DNA of 64,000 nucleotides from Candidatus Limnocylindrales bacterium (GTDB lineage Bacteria; Chloroflexota; Limnocylindria; Limnocylindrales; CSP1-4): NCBI GenBank assembly GCA_036392215.1, contig DASVYJ010000027.1, positions 15,637 to 79,636 of the forward strand, read 5' to 3'. Shown piece by piece: positions 1 to 9,525 of this stretch (position 1 is its first letter; each line of letters starts with the position of its first letter). The notes under the pieces were generated by a model. It saw only the letters and a program-made list of their open reading frames with translations, ran no database searches and was not told where the DNA came from. The position numbers and the translations under genes were made by a program.

Positions 1-671
1 CGGTCCGTACCGACCTGGATCTGGCCGCTCGGCAACGTCAGGTTGTTCGCCTGGAGGACGCCCTGCACCTGGGCGACGGAGATGCCCGCCGCCGCGAGCT
101 TGGCCGGCTCGAGCGTGACCACGAGGCGCTGCTGGAGGCCGCCGGTCAGGTCGGCCGAGGCCACCCCGTCGAGGCCCTGCAGCTCCGGCACGAGCTCCTT
201 CGTGGCGACCTGCGCAGCGCTGGCGAGGCCGTCCTGGCCCGTCCCGGAGATGGAGGCGACGATGACCGGGGAGGCGTTGATGTCGAGCGACGAGACCTTG
301 GGCGTCACGCCCTGGGGGAGGCTGAGCGCGTCGATGTTCTGCTGGATCGCCGCCCGCGTCTCCTTGACGTCGGAGCCGTAGTCGAACTGGGCGACGACGA
401 GCGCGATCGAGTTGGCCGAGGTCGACTGCAGCCGCTGCAGGCGCGGGACGCTCGAGATCGCCCGCTCGATGGGCTTGGTGACCTGCTCAGCGACGTCGCT
501 CGCCCCGGCGCCGGGGAGCGGGGCGATGACGGTGATGACCGGCAGCTGGATGTCGGGCAGCAGCTCCTGCTTGAGGTTCCCCCATGCCTGGATGCCACCG
601 ACGAAGAGGGCGACGGCGAGCAGGAGCGTGACGCTCCGCTTGGAGACGGCGAGATCGGTGATGCGGCTCAC
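1..671 (-). CDS. RND-family efflux transporter permease (AcrB/HAE-type), N-terminal part; gene continues beyond the left edge of the window
   Basis: The reverse-strand translation starts VSRITDLAVSKRSVTLLLAVALFVGGIQAWGNLKQELLPDIQLPVITVIAPLPGAGASDVAEQ...GISVAQVQGVLQANNLTLPSGQIQVGTD, a typical N-terminus of an RND permease (TM1 plus the first periplasmic loop). The GTG start overlaps the TGA stop of the upstream MarR gene (GTGA). Confidence 0.8.
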   Translation of the reverse strand, partial: MSRITDLAVSKRSVTLLLAVALFVGGIQAWGNLKQELLPDIQLPVITVIAPLPGAGASDVAEQVTKPIERAISSVPRLQRLQSTSANSIALVVAQFDYGSDVKETRAAIQQNIDALSLPQGVTPKVSSLDINASPVIVASISGTGQDGLASAAQVATKELVPELQGLDGVASADLTGGLQQRLVVTLEPAKLAAAGISVAQVQGVLQANNLTLPSGQIQVGTD

Positions 672-1174
672 GGGGCGGGCTGCTCCTGCTGCTGGGACGC
701 GCCGGGCTGCTGCGACGGGCCGGCCGTCACGGCGATGCGGGCGAGGATGCGGAAGGCGCGCCGGACGGCCGCCAGGTCGGCGTCGTCCAGCTGCTCGAGG
801 AGGCGGCGGAGGTGCGCGACGTTGAGCTCCTGGAATCGCTCCACGAGCTCCACGCCCCGCGCCGTCGCCCCGACGAACGTCTGGCGGCGGTCCGCCGGGT
901 CCTCGTGGCGCTCGGCGAGGCCGGCCTCCACGAGGCGATCGACGAGACCGCTCACGGTCGAGAGGGTGACCCCGAGCCGGCCGGCCAGCTCCGACATGTG
1001 GAGCGGGCCGCTGGAGGCGGCGAGATACAGCGTCTTGGCCTGGGGCATGCTGATGCCGATCCCGATGACCTCGGCGACATGGACGCGGGCCATCACCTGG
1101 AGGAGGCCGCGCAGCTCGTCGAGCGTCTCCTCGAGGATCCCCTGACTCCGTTGCGCGGCAGATTCGTTCGTCAC
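668..1174 (-). CDS. MarR-family transcriptional regulator
   Basis: The C-terminal 170 aa of ORF 668..1723 (...LHMSELAGRLGVTLSTVSGLVDRLVEAGLAERHEDPADRRQTFVGATARGVELVE...) is a MarR winged helix-turn-helix. The rest of that long ORF is low-complexity junk. GTG start at 1174 in the VTNESAAQ frame, with GGAGG upstream. Its stop overlaps the RND pump start. Confidence 0.75.
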   Translation of the reverse strand: MTNESAAQRSQGILEETLDELRGLLQVMARVHVAEVIGIGISMPQAKTLYLAASSGPLHMSELAGRLGVTLSTVSGLVDRLVEAGLAERHEDPADRRQTFVGATARGVELVERFQELNVAHLRRLLEQLDDADLAAVRRAFRILARIAVTAGPSQQPGASQQQEQPAP

Positions 1175-1307
1175 GACCGAATGCTTCGGTGCCTCCGTAG
1201 TGTTGCTTCCCAACCATACATCGTCCGAGACGGCTCCGCGGATGGCCGCAGGCCTCGAGCGCGGCGGTCGGCTAAGGTTGGGCCCCGCCACGAGGAGGAG
1301 GGAGCGA

Positions 1308-1535
1308 ATGACCACGACCGACGTCGGCCCGGGGGTGCCCGCGGAGCCGCTCTTCGCGGAGCCCGCGGCCGACCCGTCCCGGGAGGAGGCGCCGGCGATC
1401 GGCCCGGGCGTCGAGCCCGAACCTCGACCGGAACCGGTCGGCGGCGGACAGGCAGGCTCGCAGGAACCCACCGAGACCGTGCCCGCCGACGACCTCGAGC
1501 CCGAGGTGCTCGGCCGCGTCCACCCCTTCGCTTGA
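1308..1535 (+). CDS. Small acidic Pro/Glu-rich hypothetical protein (75 aa)
   Basis: Strong RBS GAGGAGGAGGGAG 5 nt before the ATG. The TGA stop overlaps the TTG that begins the downstream YcaQ-like frame (TTGA). No recognisable domain, and the sequence is compositionally low-complexity. Confidence 0.25.
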   Translation: MTTTDVGPGVPAEPLFAEPAADPSREEAPAIGPGVEPEPRPEPVGGGQAGSQEPTETVPADDLEPEVLGRVHPFA

Positions 1536-2896
1536 GCGGCGCCGGCCAGCCGAGCGCGACGCCGCGCCCCGTCGACCCGGCGGTCGCGCGCCGCTTCCTC
1601 GTCCTGCGCCACCTCCTCGCCCCACCGCGGGCGCTGCCGCCTGGCGCCGAGAGCGTCCTCGCCGTCGTCGACCGCCTGGGCTCGCTGCAGTTCGACCCGC
1701 TCGAGGTCGCCGGCCGCAACCACGACCTCGTGCTCCAGGCCCGCATCCGAGGCTACCGGCGACAGGACACCGACGAGCTGCTGTACGACCGCAGGCTGCT
1801 CTTCGAGGCCTACAACAAGGGGCTCTCGCTGCTCCCGACGCGCGAGCTACCCTGGTACCGCCACACCTGGGATCGCCACGCGGAGCGGCACGGGACGGGC
1901 GCCTTCGTCGAGCACCGCGAGGCGGTCGAGGTCATCCTCGCCCGCATCCGCGCGGACGGCCCACTGGCCTCGATCGACTTCGAGCGCGGCCGCCCGATCG
2001 ACTGGTACTGGGGGCCGACGAGCCAGGTTCGCGCGCTCCTCGAGGCGCTCGCCGAGGCCGGCATCCTCGGCCTCGCCCGCCGCGAGGGCAATCGCCGCTA
2101 CTACGACCTCCTGGAGCGGCTGCTGCCCGCCGACCTGCTGGCGGAGCGGATCCCCGAGCGGGAGCAGATCCTCCACCGGCTCCTGTCGCGGTTCCGGGCC
2201 CACGGCCTCCTCGCGGCGGGCGGCAGCTCGGAGATCTGGCTGGGGACGGCGCCGGCGCGGGCGGGGCGGGGCCGGCTGCCCGGTCCCGGCCGCGACGAGC
2301 TCCTGCCCGACCTCCTCGCCCGGGGCGAGCTGCTACCGGTCGCGGTGGGCGGCCTGCCGGCCGTCCGCTACCTGATCGCCGACGAGCTGCCGCTGCTCGC
2401 CCAGGCCGAACGCGAGATCGCGGCCGGGACGGCGCCCGGCGCCGTGAAAGCCGGCGTGACCTTCCTCGCCCCGCTCGACCCGCTGGCCTGGGACCGGTAC
2501 CTGCTCCGGCGGCTGTTCGGCTTCGACTACGTCTGGGAGGTCTACGTCCCGGCGGAGCGGCGCCGCTGGGGCTACTACGTCCTGCCGCTCCTCTTCGGCG
2601 ACCGCTTCGTCGGCCGGATCGAGCCGCGCATCGACCGCCGAACCGGCCAGGTCCGCGTCCTCGGCCTCTGGTGGGAGGCCGGCTTCGAGCCACTCGCCGT
2701 GCCCGGCTTCGTCGCGGCCTTCAGCGATGCACTGGCTGACTACCTCGCCTTCGCCGGCGCGTCGCGGGTCCGCCTGCCGCGGACGGCAGTCCTGCGACCC
2801 TTCGGCGCGGCCGTCCGGGCCGCCCTCGCGGACCGCCTCGAGCGGCCGCCCCGTCAGCGACCGACGCTGAAGAAGACGTTGCCGGGACCGGCGTAG
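1532..2896 (+). CDS. YcaQ-family winged-helix DNA-binding protein (DUF1006, DNA-glycosylase-like)
   Basis: From ...AVARRFLVLRHLLAPPRALPPGAESVLAVVDRLGSLQFDPLEVAGRNHDLVLQARIRGYR...YYVLPLLFGDRFVGRIEPRIDRRTGQVRVLGLWWE the sequence matches YcaQ/DUF1006 proteins. There is no in-frame ATG. A TTG at 1532 is the proposed start. The upstream part of ORF 812..2896 is antisense to MarR and was rejected. Confidence 0.6.
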   Translation: MSGAGQPSATPRPVDPAVARRFLVLRHLLAPPRALPPGAESVLAVVDRLGSLQFDPLEVAGRNHDLVLQARIRGYRRQDTDELLYDRRLLFEAYNKGLSLLPTRELPWYRHTWDRHAERHGTGAFVEHREAVEVILARIRADGPLASIDFERGRPIDWYWGPTSQVRALLEALAEAGILGLARREGNRRYYDLLERLLPADLLAERIPEREQILHRLLSRFRAHGLLAAGGSSEIWLGTAPARAGRGRLPGPGRDELLPDLLARGELLPVAVGGLPAVRYLIADELPLLAQAEREIAAGTAPGAVKAGVTFLAPLDPLAWDRYLLRRLFGFDYVWEVYVPAERRRWGYYVLPLLFGDRFVGRIEPRIDRRTGQVRVLGLWWEAGFEPLAVPGFVAAFSDALADYLAFAGASRVRLPRTAVLRPFGAAVRAALADRLERPPRQRPTLKKTLPGPA

Positions 2897-4173
2897 GCCG
2901 GCCCCTCGCCCCACGCCGCGACCGTCCTGCCGCCGGCCGCGTCCAGCTCGAAGTAGTCGCCGTAGGGGAAGGTGAAGCCCGCCGCGGACTGGTACGGATA
3001 GCCGAGGTCCGCCGAGAGGACCGCCTCGCCGGACCACGTGGCGCCGCCGTCGGTGCTCCGGCGCAGATACACCCGGTACGCCCCGGTCCGGTCGTCCATC
3101 CAGGCCGCGTTGACGGTCCCCGCGGCGGCCCCGGCAAGGGCCGGGAAGGCCGCATTCGTGCCGGCCGGCGCGAGGCCGAGGTCCGTCGCCGCGGTCCAGG
3201 TCGAGCCGCCGTCGAAGGAGCGCCGGAGGTAGACCCGGCTCGGGCCGAAGTCGACGGTCGAGCGGTTCTCGAGCGCGTAGACCGTCCCGCCGGCGTCGGC
3301 GGCGACGGTCAGCTGGGCACCGTAGAAGGCCCAGCCGCAGCCGCTGCACGAGGTCGGGGCGCCGGAGACGTCGAGGAGCGTCGTGGCCCAGGTCCGGCCG
3401 CCGTCCCGGGAGCGCGTGACGTACAGGTTCACCGGGCCCTTGGCCCCACCGTTCTGGGTGTAGCCCGCCCAGCCGAACAGGACCGTCCCGTCGGGCAGGA
3501 CCGTGCCGCCGGCCGGCAGCGACCAGCCGAGCTGGCGGCCGGCATCGGCCTGGACGTCGCTGAACGTCCGCCCGCCGTCATGGCTGACCGACACGTAGAT
3601 CTTCTGGGCCGCGTTCCAGGCCACGTACACGTCGCTGCCGCGCACGGCGAGGATGTCCTTGTCGACGCTCCGCATCAGGGAATCGGCGATCGTCGTCGGC
3701 GTCCACGTAGCCCCACCGTCGGTGGAGCGCGTCACGCCGATCGAGCTCTTGAAGCCCACCAGGAAGGAGGCATAGACCGTCCGGCCGTCGGCCGGATCGA
3801 CGACGACCTGGCTGTCGTAGCCGACGCGCCCCGGATCGAGCGCCCGGGGCGGGCCGAAGCTACCGCCGCCGTCGGTCGAGACCTGGACGAGGATGCGCTG
3901 GTCGCAGCCGCTCGGGTCGCCGCAGACGGTCGCGGCGCTGCCCGCCACGTCGTAGTGCTTCCAGACGACGTAGACGTGCCCGCTCGCGTCGGCCGCGACG
4001 GCGGGCTCCCAGTCGTCGCCGGCCGCGAAGCCGAGGCGGACCGGCGCCGCGAACGCCGGCGTCGGCCCCGCGGCCATCGAGCCGCCGAGCGCCGGGGCGG
4101 GCAGGCTCGCGGCCATGACGGCCAGGCTGGCCAGTGCGGCGGCCAGGGACAAGGGCATACGGCGTCGAGCCAC
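2854..4173 (-). CDS. Secreted BNR/Asp-box repeat protein (sialidase-like beta-propeller, exo-alpha-sialidase/glycosidase family)
   Basis: GTG start at 4173 preceded by GGAGGAGGAGG. The N-terminus VARRRMPLSLAAALASLAVMAASLPAPALG is a signal peptide. There are repeated SxDxGxTW Asp-box motifs (STDGGGSF, STDGGATW, SHDGGRTF, SRDGGRTW, SFDGGSTW, STDGGATW). It overlaps the YcaQ-like gene convergently by 43 nt. Confidence 0.75.
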   Translation of the reverse strand: MARRRMPLSLAAALASLAVMAASLPAPALGGSMAAGPTPAFAAPVRLGFAAGDDWEPAVAADASGHVYVVWKHYDVAGSAATVCGDPSGCDQRILVQVSTDGGGSFGPPRALDPGRVGYDSQVVVDPADGRTVYASFLVGFKSSIGVTRSTDGGATWTPTTIADSLMRSVDKDILAVRGSDVYVAWNAAQKIYVSVSHDGGRTFSDVQADAGRQLGWSLPAGGTVLPDGTVLFGWAGYTQNGGAKGPVNLYVTRSRDGGRTWATTLLDVSGAPTSCSGCGWAFYGAQLTVAADAGGTVYALENRSTVDFGPSRVYLRRSFDGGSTWTAATDLGLAPAGTNAAFPALAGAAAGTVNAAWMDDRTGAYRVYLRRSTDGGATWSGEAVLSADLGYPYQSAAGFTFPYGDYFELDAAGGRTVAAWGEGPAYAGPGNVFFSVGR

Positions 4174-4356
4174 GATGACCTCCTCCTCCGCCCGCCGCCG
4201 ACGCTGCCCGGGCCGGCCGACGGGCCTCCGGCGCGAGCATAGGCCGCGGCTTTCGGGAGGGTCAACGCGCGGCTCGGGCGGGCGGTGCGGGGCGGCACAC
4301 GACCCGCTGTGCCACGATGTCACGGTCCCCCACCGCAGATCGAAGGAGGAGCGATC

Positions 4357-4800
4357 ATGGCCGCTGTCCGCCGAGCCGACGCAGCCTGGGACGGAGACCT
4401 GACGACGGGTGCCGGGCGCGTCACGGCGAGCTCCAGCCGCGCCTTCGCGGAGCTGCCCGTCAGCTGGGCCTCCCGTACGGAGGAGTCGCACGGCCGGACC
4501 AGCCCCGAGGAGCTCGTCGCCGCCGCCCACGCCAGCTGCTTCGCGATGGCCTTCTCGTCCGACCTCGCCAAGGCCGGCACACCGCCCGAGCACCTCGACG
4601 TGAGCGCGACCGTGACCTTCGACCGGGTCGACGGCAAGTGGACGGTCGTCTCGAGCGAGCTCGCCGTCCGGGGCCGCGTGCCGGGCATCGACGCCGCCCG
4701 CTTCCGGGAGGTCGCCGAGGGCGCCAAGGCCGGCTGCCCGATCTCGCGCGCCCTGCAGGGCAACGTCCGCCTCAGCGTCGAGGCGACCCTCGAGTCGTAG
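4357..4800 (+). CDS. OsmC/Ohr-family peroxiredoxin
   Basis: RBS AAGGAGGA then ATG. MAAVRRADAAWDGDLTTGAGRV...EELVAAAHASCFAMAFSS...GCPISRALQGNVRLSVEATL carries the two conserved Cys in the expected positions for OsmC-like proteins. Confidence 0.9.
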   Translation: MAAVRRADAAWDGDLTTGAGRVTASSSRAFAELPVSWASRTEESHGRTSPEELVAAAHASCFAMAFSSDLAKAGTPPEHLDVSATVTFDRVDGKWTVVSSELAVRGRVPGIDAARFREVAEGAKAGCPISRALQGNVRLSVEATLES

Positions 4801-4838
4801 CCGCCGCCGGCTGCGGGCCCTGCTTGCAGCCCGGGGGC

Positions 4839-5780
4839 TCAATCAGGCAGGCTGAGGATCCGGCGCGGGTTTGTCTCGGTCATCTGGCGGATCGCCGCCT
4901 CGTCCACGCCCGCCTCGCGAAGGCGGGGCAGGAACGTCTCACCCAGGTAGCCGTAGCCGTGGCCCTCGTAGTGGCGCAGCTGCTGGTTGTGGCAGACATC
5001 GTGGCTGAGGAGGATCCGCTCGGCATGGCCGCGGGCGAGCAGCTCCAGGAGCAGGGCGACGAGGCGGGGCTCGCCCTTCCGCTCCATCGGCGTGAAGCTC
5101 ATCCCCAGGAAGTCGAACTCGACGTTCGCCCCCCGCCGGATGAGCTCGAGGTGGTAGTCGAGCGAGGGATACGAGTCGGCGTGGCCGATGACGACCCGGC
5201 CGGGGTCGACGCCCTCGTCCGCCAGGATGGCGAGCTGGGCGAGGCCGACGTCGGACAGCACGGCGTGGGTCGTGACGGCCAGGCCGGTGGCCCGCGCGGC
5301 GCGGCCGACGGCCCGGAAGACCCGCTCCTCGAGCGCCGAGACCCACGGCTTGTCGGTCCCGATCTCGCCGAGGATGCCGGGCCGGACGCCGGTCCCGTCG
5401 ACGCCCTCGGCCGCCTCGCGCACCAGCTGCGCCGCGAGCTCGTCCACGCTCCGCCGGTCGATCAGCGCCTCGGCCGGGTAGTAGGCGGCGCGGTACCAGC
5501 CGGCCCCCATCACGATCGGCAAGCCCGTCCGCTCGGACAGCCGCCGCAGCCAGGCCGGATCCCGCCCGATACCGGGAAGCGTCACGTCGACCAGGCACGT
5601 CCCGCCCTGCGCCTGGAAGACGGCCACCTCGGCGGCGATGACGTCCTCGTCCGGGGTCAGCTCCCAGTAGTCCCAGCGGTTCGGGATGTGCCAGAGGTAG
5701 CACAGGGTGTGCTCGTGGGGCAGGACGAAGCCGAGGCGCTCCGCCGGGAGGGGGCCGCGGACGGTCTGGACGTGGGCCAT
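4839..5780 (-). CDS. Phosphotriesterase-family (PHP/aryldialkylphosphatase-related) metal-dependent hydrolase
   Basis: MAHVQTVRGPLPAERLGFVLPHEHTLCYLW...GILGEIGTD...VTTHAV...VVIGHADS...LLSHDV carries the TIM-barrel binuclear-metal ligand motifs of the PTE family. Confidence 0.9.
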   Translation of the reverse strand: MAHVQTVRGPLPAERLGFVLPHEHTLCYLWHIPNRWDYWELTPDEDVIAAEVAVFQAQGGTCLVDVTLPGIGRDPAWLRRLSERTGLPIVMGAGWYRAAYYPAEALIDRRSVDELAAQLVREAAEGVDGTGVRPGILGEIGTDKPWVSALEERVFRAVGRAARATGLAVTTHAVLSDVGLAQLAILADEGVDPGRVVIGHADSYPSLDYHLELIRRGANVEFDFLGMSFTPMERKGEPRLVALLLELLARGHAERILLSHDVCHNQQLRHYEGHGYGYLGETFLPRLREAGVDEAAIRQMTETNPRRILSLPD

Positions 5781-5782
5781 CC

Positions 5783-6553
5783 TCAGCGTCGCCGCCGGAG
5801 CAGGAAGCGGCAGGCGTCCTCGGCCGGATGCGGGTCGTGGGGGTCCATCTGGACGGTGACCGGGAGCTCGTCCAGGAGCGCCCGGACGATGCCCAGGTGG
5901 AGGTGGCAGACGAGGTCCGGCCGGGCCGGCGCCGCCTCGCGGAAGAGCGGCCCGGCGATCGTCAGCCGGGCCTCCCGGGCCCGCTCGTCGACGGGCTCCA
6001 GATCGAGCGCCTGGCCGAGCAGGCGGAGCGGGGCGAGGGCACCCATGACCCCGCCGTCACGCCCGTCGCTGCGCAGGTCCTGGATCGCGGCGCCATAGTC
6101 GGTGCCGACCTGCTCGACGAGGCCGAGGACGCGCTCCGGCCCGAGGCTGGCGGCCTCCAGGACGAGCAGGGCGAGAAGGGCCATCTGGCGTGGCGGGTGC
6201 GGCAGCCAGTGCGGCGAGTCCGTGTCGAGGGCGTAGAGGTGGGCGGGCTTGCCCCGTCGACCGCGGCGCACCGTCTGCCGGAGATAGCCGGTGGCCCGGA
6301 GCACCTCGAGGTGGGTCCGGGCGACCGCGCGGCTGATGCCCGAGGCGGCGGCGACGTCGCTCGCCGTGCGCGGCGTGGGATCGCGGTAGAACTCGACGAG
6401 GATCCGGCGCCGGGTGGGATCGCGGATTGCCTCGGCGAGCTGGTCGAAGCCCTCCTCCAGGGTCAGGCCCGCGGCGCTCCGGAGGGCGTGGTAGGCGGGA
6501 GCGGGTTCCTCGGCCGTCGGCCGGGCTGCCGGCCCAGGTTCTGTGCGTAACAC
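5783..6553 (-). CDS. Helix-turn-helix (ArsR-like winged helix) transcriptional regulator with a C-terminal domain of unknown function
   Basis: LEEGFDQLAEAIRDPTRRRILVEFYRDPTPRTASDVAAASGISRAVARTHLEVLRATGYL is an ArsR-type HTH. The stop is 3 nt from the PTE start. The start is uncertain: a GTG at 6553 was chosen, and the longer ORF upstream is low-complexity. Confidence 0.5.
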   Translation of the reverse strand: MLRTEPGPAARPTAEEPAPAYHALRSAAGLTLEEGFDQLAEAIRDPTRRRILVEFYRDPTPRTASDVAAASGISRAVARTHLEVLRATGYLRQTVRRGRRGKPAHLYALDTDSPHWLPHPPRQMALLALLVLEAASLGPERVLGLVEQVGTDYGAAIQDLRSDGRDGGVMGALAPLRLLGQALDLEPVDERAREARLTIAGPLFREAAPARPDLVCHLHLGIVRALLDELPVTVQMDPHDPHPAEDACRFLLRRRR

Positions 6554-6764
6554 CGCCGCATCGTACCAGCCGCCCCGCGGGGCGACCCACCCGGTCGGGT
6601 AGGCGCCGATTACCCCCGTTTGGATGCTCTTGACATGCCAACCGAGCGCGGTAGTCTCAGTCCCTCGATGCGTCGCCGGCGAGGTCCCCAGCTCGCCCCC
6701 CCCGAGAGCGGCCGGCCGGATCCCGCCTTCGTCGTCGTCGTCCCTACGACTGGCGGAGGTCAAG

Positions 6765-8735
6765 ATGAGCATCCAGGCGAACCCGGAGATCGAGGCCCTC
6801 CTCAGCGAGCGACGCGACTTCCCACCGCCCCCGGCGTTCGCCGCGGCGTCGAACGCGAACGCCGAGCTGTACGAGCAGGCGGAGCGCGACTTCGAGGGCT
6901 TCTGGGCCGACCAGGCCGAGCGGCGGCTCTCCTGGGTCGAGCGGTGGCACACCGTCCTCGACTGGCAGCTGCCCTACGCCAAGTGGTTCGTCGGGGGTCG
7001 GCTCAACGCCGCCTACAACGCCGTCGACCGCCACGTCGAGCGCGGCCTCGGCAGCAAGGTCGCCTACTACTGGGAGGGCGAGCCGGGCGACACCCGGACC
7101 ATCACCTACGCCGACCTCAAGCGGGAGGTCGACCGCTGCGCCAACGCGCTCCTGGAGCTCGGCGTCCGGACCGGCGACCGCGTCGGCATCTACCTGCCGA
7201 TGATCCCGGAGCTGCCGATCGCCATGCTCGCCTGCGCCAAGATCGGCGCCCCGCACGTCGTCGTCTTCGGCGGCTTCAGCGCCGAGGCGCTCCAGGGCCG
7301 GATGGTCGACGCCGAGGCGAAGCTCCTCATCACCGCCGACGGCGGCAACCGGCGCGGCAAGGTCACCGATCTCAAGGCCAACGCCGACGCCGCCGTCGCC
7401 GGTGCCCCGACCATCGAGCACGTCCTCGTCGTCCGGCGGACCGGCCACGAGGTCCCGATGGCCGAAGGTCGCGACGTCTGGTGGCACGACATCGTCGAGC
7501 GCCAGCCGGACCACTGCGACCCGGTGCCGGTGGACTCGGAGCACCTGCTCTACCTGCTCCACACCTCGGGCACGACGGCCAAGCCCAAGGGCGTCATGCA
7601 CACGACGGCGGGCTACCTGCTCGGCACCTCGACGACCCATCACTACGTCTTCGACATCAAGCCCGACGACGTCTACTGGTGCGCGGCCGACATCGGCTGG
7701 GTGACCGGCCACTCGTACATCGTCTACGGCCCGCTCATCAACGCGACGACCTCGATCATGTACGAGGGCGCCCCGGACTACCCGACGCCGGACCGCTGGT
7801 GGTCGATCGTCGAGAAGTACCGGGCGACCGTGCTGTACTGCGCCCCGACGGCGATCCGGGCCTTCATGAAGCACGGCGACGAGTGGCCAGCCAAGCACGA
7901 CCTCTCCTCGCTCCGGCTGCTCGGCTCGGTCGGCGAGCCGATCAACCCCGAGGCCTGGCTGTGGTACCGGCGGGCGATCGGCGGCGACCGGACACCGGTC
8001 GTGGACACCTGGTGGCAGACCGAGACGGGCATGATCATGATCACCCCGCTGCCCGGCCTGACGACGCTCCGGCCCGGCTCGGCGACCCGGCCGTTCCCCG
8101 GCGTCGGGGCCAAGGTCGTCGACGCGATGGGCAAGGAGGTCGCCGCCGGCTCCGGTGGCGGCTACCTCTGCCTCTCCCGACCGTGGCCGGCCATGCTCCG
8201 CGGCGTCTACAAGGACCCCGAGCGCTACCAGCAGACGTACTGGAGCCGCTTCCCCGGGCTGTACTTCACCGGCGACGGCTGCAAGGTCGACGCCGACGGC
8301 TACTACTGGCTGCTCGGGCGGGTCGACGACGTCATGAACGTGGCCGGGCACCGGATCAGCACGATCGAGGTCGAGTCGGCCCTGGTCGACCATCCCTCGG
8401 TCGCCGAGGCGGCCGTCGTCGCCAAGAACGACCCGGTCAGCGGCCAGGCCATCTTCGCCTTCGTCATCCTCCGCTCCTCGGCGCAGCCGTCGGAGGAGCT
8501 GGCCGGCACGCTCCGCGAGCACGTCGCCCAGAAGATCGGGCCGATCGCCAAGCCCAAGCAGATCATGTTCACCCCGGAGCTCCCGAAGACCCGCTCGGGC
8601 AAGATCATGCGCCGGCTCCTGCGCGACATCGCCGAGCAGCGAGCCCTCGGCGACGTGACGACGCTCGCCGATGCGTCCATCGTCGAAACCATCCGCGAGC
8701 AGGCGCAGTCCAGCCAGGCCGAACAGCTCGTCTGA
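6765..8735 (+). CDS. acs: Acetyl-CoA synthetase (AMP-forming)
   Basis: [30 protein letters not shown]...[17 protein letters not shown]...[12 protein letters not shown]...[15 protein letters not shown]...WQTETG...[16 protein letters not shown] is canonical Acs along its full length. Confidence 0.95.
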   Translation: MSIQANPEIEALLSERRDFPPPPAFAAASNANAELYEQAERDFEGFWADQAERRLSWVERWHTVLDWQLPYAKWFVGGRLNAAYNAVDRHVERGLGSKVAYYWEGEPGDTRTITYADLKREVDRCANALLELGVRTGDRVGIYLPMIPELPIAMLACAKIGAPHVVVFGGFSAEALQGRMVDAEAKLLITADGGNRRGKVTDLKANADAAVAGAPTIEHVLVVRRTGHEVPMAEGRDVWWHDIVERQPDHCDPVPVDSEHLLYLLHTSGTTAKPKGVMHTTAGYLLGTSTTHHYVFDIKPDDVYWCAADIGWVTGHSYIVYGPLINATTSIMYEGAPDYPTPDRWWSIVEKYRATVLYCAPTAIRAFMKHGDEWPAKHDLSSLRLLGSVGEPINPEAWLWYRRAIGGDRTPVVDTWWQTETGMIMITPLPGLTTLRPGSATRPFPGVGAKVVDAMGKEVAAGSGGGYLCLSRPWPAMLRGVYKDPERYQQTYWSRFPGLYFTGDGCKVDADGYYWLLGRVDDVMNVAGHRISTIEVESALVDHPSVAEAAVVAKNDPVSGQAIFAFVILRSSAQPSEELAGTLREHVAQKIGPIAKPKQIMFTPELPKTRSGKIMRRLLRDIAEQRALGDVTTLADASIVETIREQAQSSQAEQLV

Positions 8736-8810
8736 GCGACGGGCTCGGTGGGTCGACCGCCGCGCCCGGACGCGCGGCGGCGACCGGGATAGAAGGGAAA
8801 GGAGTCCAGG

Positions 8811-9440
8811 ATGGCCCAAGCGCAGACCCTGCCGGGCGCCGCGGTGCGTCCGGCGAGCGAGACCGAGGCGGCCGCGCGGGCGGCGACGGCGGCCAAGGCC
8901 GACCCCGCCCCGCTCGGGCTGGCCGCGTTCGCCCTCACGACGTTCGTGCTGTCGATGACCAACGCCGGGCTGATCGGGGGCAGCTCCGTCCAGGTGGTCC
9001 TGGCCCTGGCCCTGGCCTACGGCGGGCTCGCCCAGCTGCTGGCCGGGATGTGGGAGTTCCGCAACGGGAACACGTTCGGAGCGACCGCCTTCAGCTCGTA
9101 TGGCGCGTTCTGGCTCAGCTTCGCGGCGTTCGTCTTCCTGTTCGCGCCGGGCCTCAAGGCGGGCGATGCGGCGGGCGCGCTCGGCACGTACCTCCTCGCG
9201 TGGGGCATCTTCACGACCTACATGTGGGTCGCCACGCTGCGCCATGCCTGGCCGGTGATGGTGGTCTTCCTGCTCCTGGCGATCACCTTCTTCGTCCTCG
9301 CCGCCGGCGCGTACGGCTCGAGCGACTCGATCACCCACCTCGGCGGCTACCTCGGCATCCTCACCGCCATCGCCGCCTGGTACGCCTCCGCGTCGACGAT
9401 CATCAACGAGGCCTTCAAGCGGGACGTGCTGCCGCACTAG
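8811..9440 (+). CDS. satP: Acetate/succinate uptake channel, GPR1/FUN34/YaaH (SatP) family
   Basis: GGGAAAGGAG RBS. ...PAPLGLAAFALTTFVLSMTNAGL...NGNTFGATAFSSYGAFWLSFAAF... is a six-TM YaaH-family pattern, directly downstream of acs. Confidence 0.9.
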   Translation: MAQAQTLPGAAVRPASETEAAARAATAAKADPAPLGLAAFALTTFVLSMTNAGLIGGSSVQVVLALALAYGGLAQLLAGMWEFRNGNTFGATAFSSYGAFWLSFAAFVFLFAPGLKAGDAAGALGTYLLAWGIFTTYMWVATLRHAWPVMVVFLLLAITFFVLAAGAYGSSDSITHLGGYLGILTAIAAWYASASTIINEAFKRDVLPH

Positions 9441-9462
9441 CGCCTCGCACATCCCTCCGTCG

Positions 9463-9494
9463 GGACCGGGAGGCGCGGGGGCGCCTCCCGGTCC
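9463..9494 (+). terminator. Perfect 14-bp GC-rich hairpin (GGACCGGGAGGCGC-gggg-GCGCCTCCCGGTCC) about 23 nt after the satP stop
   Basis: Inverted repeat seen directly in the sequence. There is no U-tract, as is typical for high-GC actinobacterial terminators. Confidence 0.55.
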
Positions 9495-9525
9495 TTGCGC
9501 GTCCGCGGGGTGGTAGGCTGCCGCC

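Noticed and set aside
812-1531. N-terminal 240 codons of the 694-aa ORF 812..2896
   Set aside because: It is antisense to the MarR gene and to its promoter. The sequence is Arg/Gly/Pro low-complexity with no domain. The YcaQ-like homology begins only near 1560.
4317-6098. 593-aa plus-strand ORF spanning osmC and the PTE-family gene
   Set aside because: Arg/Pro/Gly-rich junk translation. It overlaps two well-supported genes, on the same strand in another frame (osmC) and antisense (the PTE gene).
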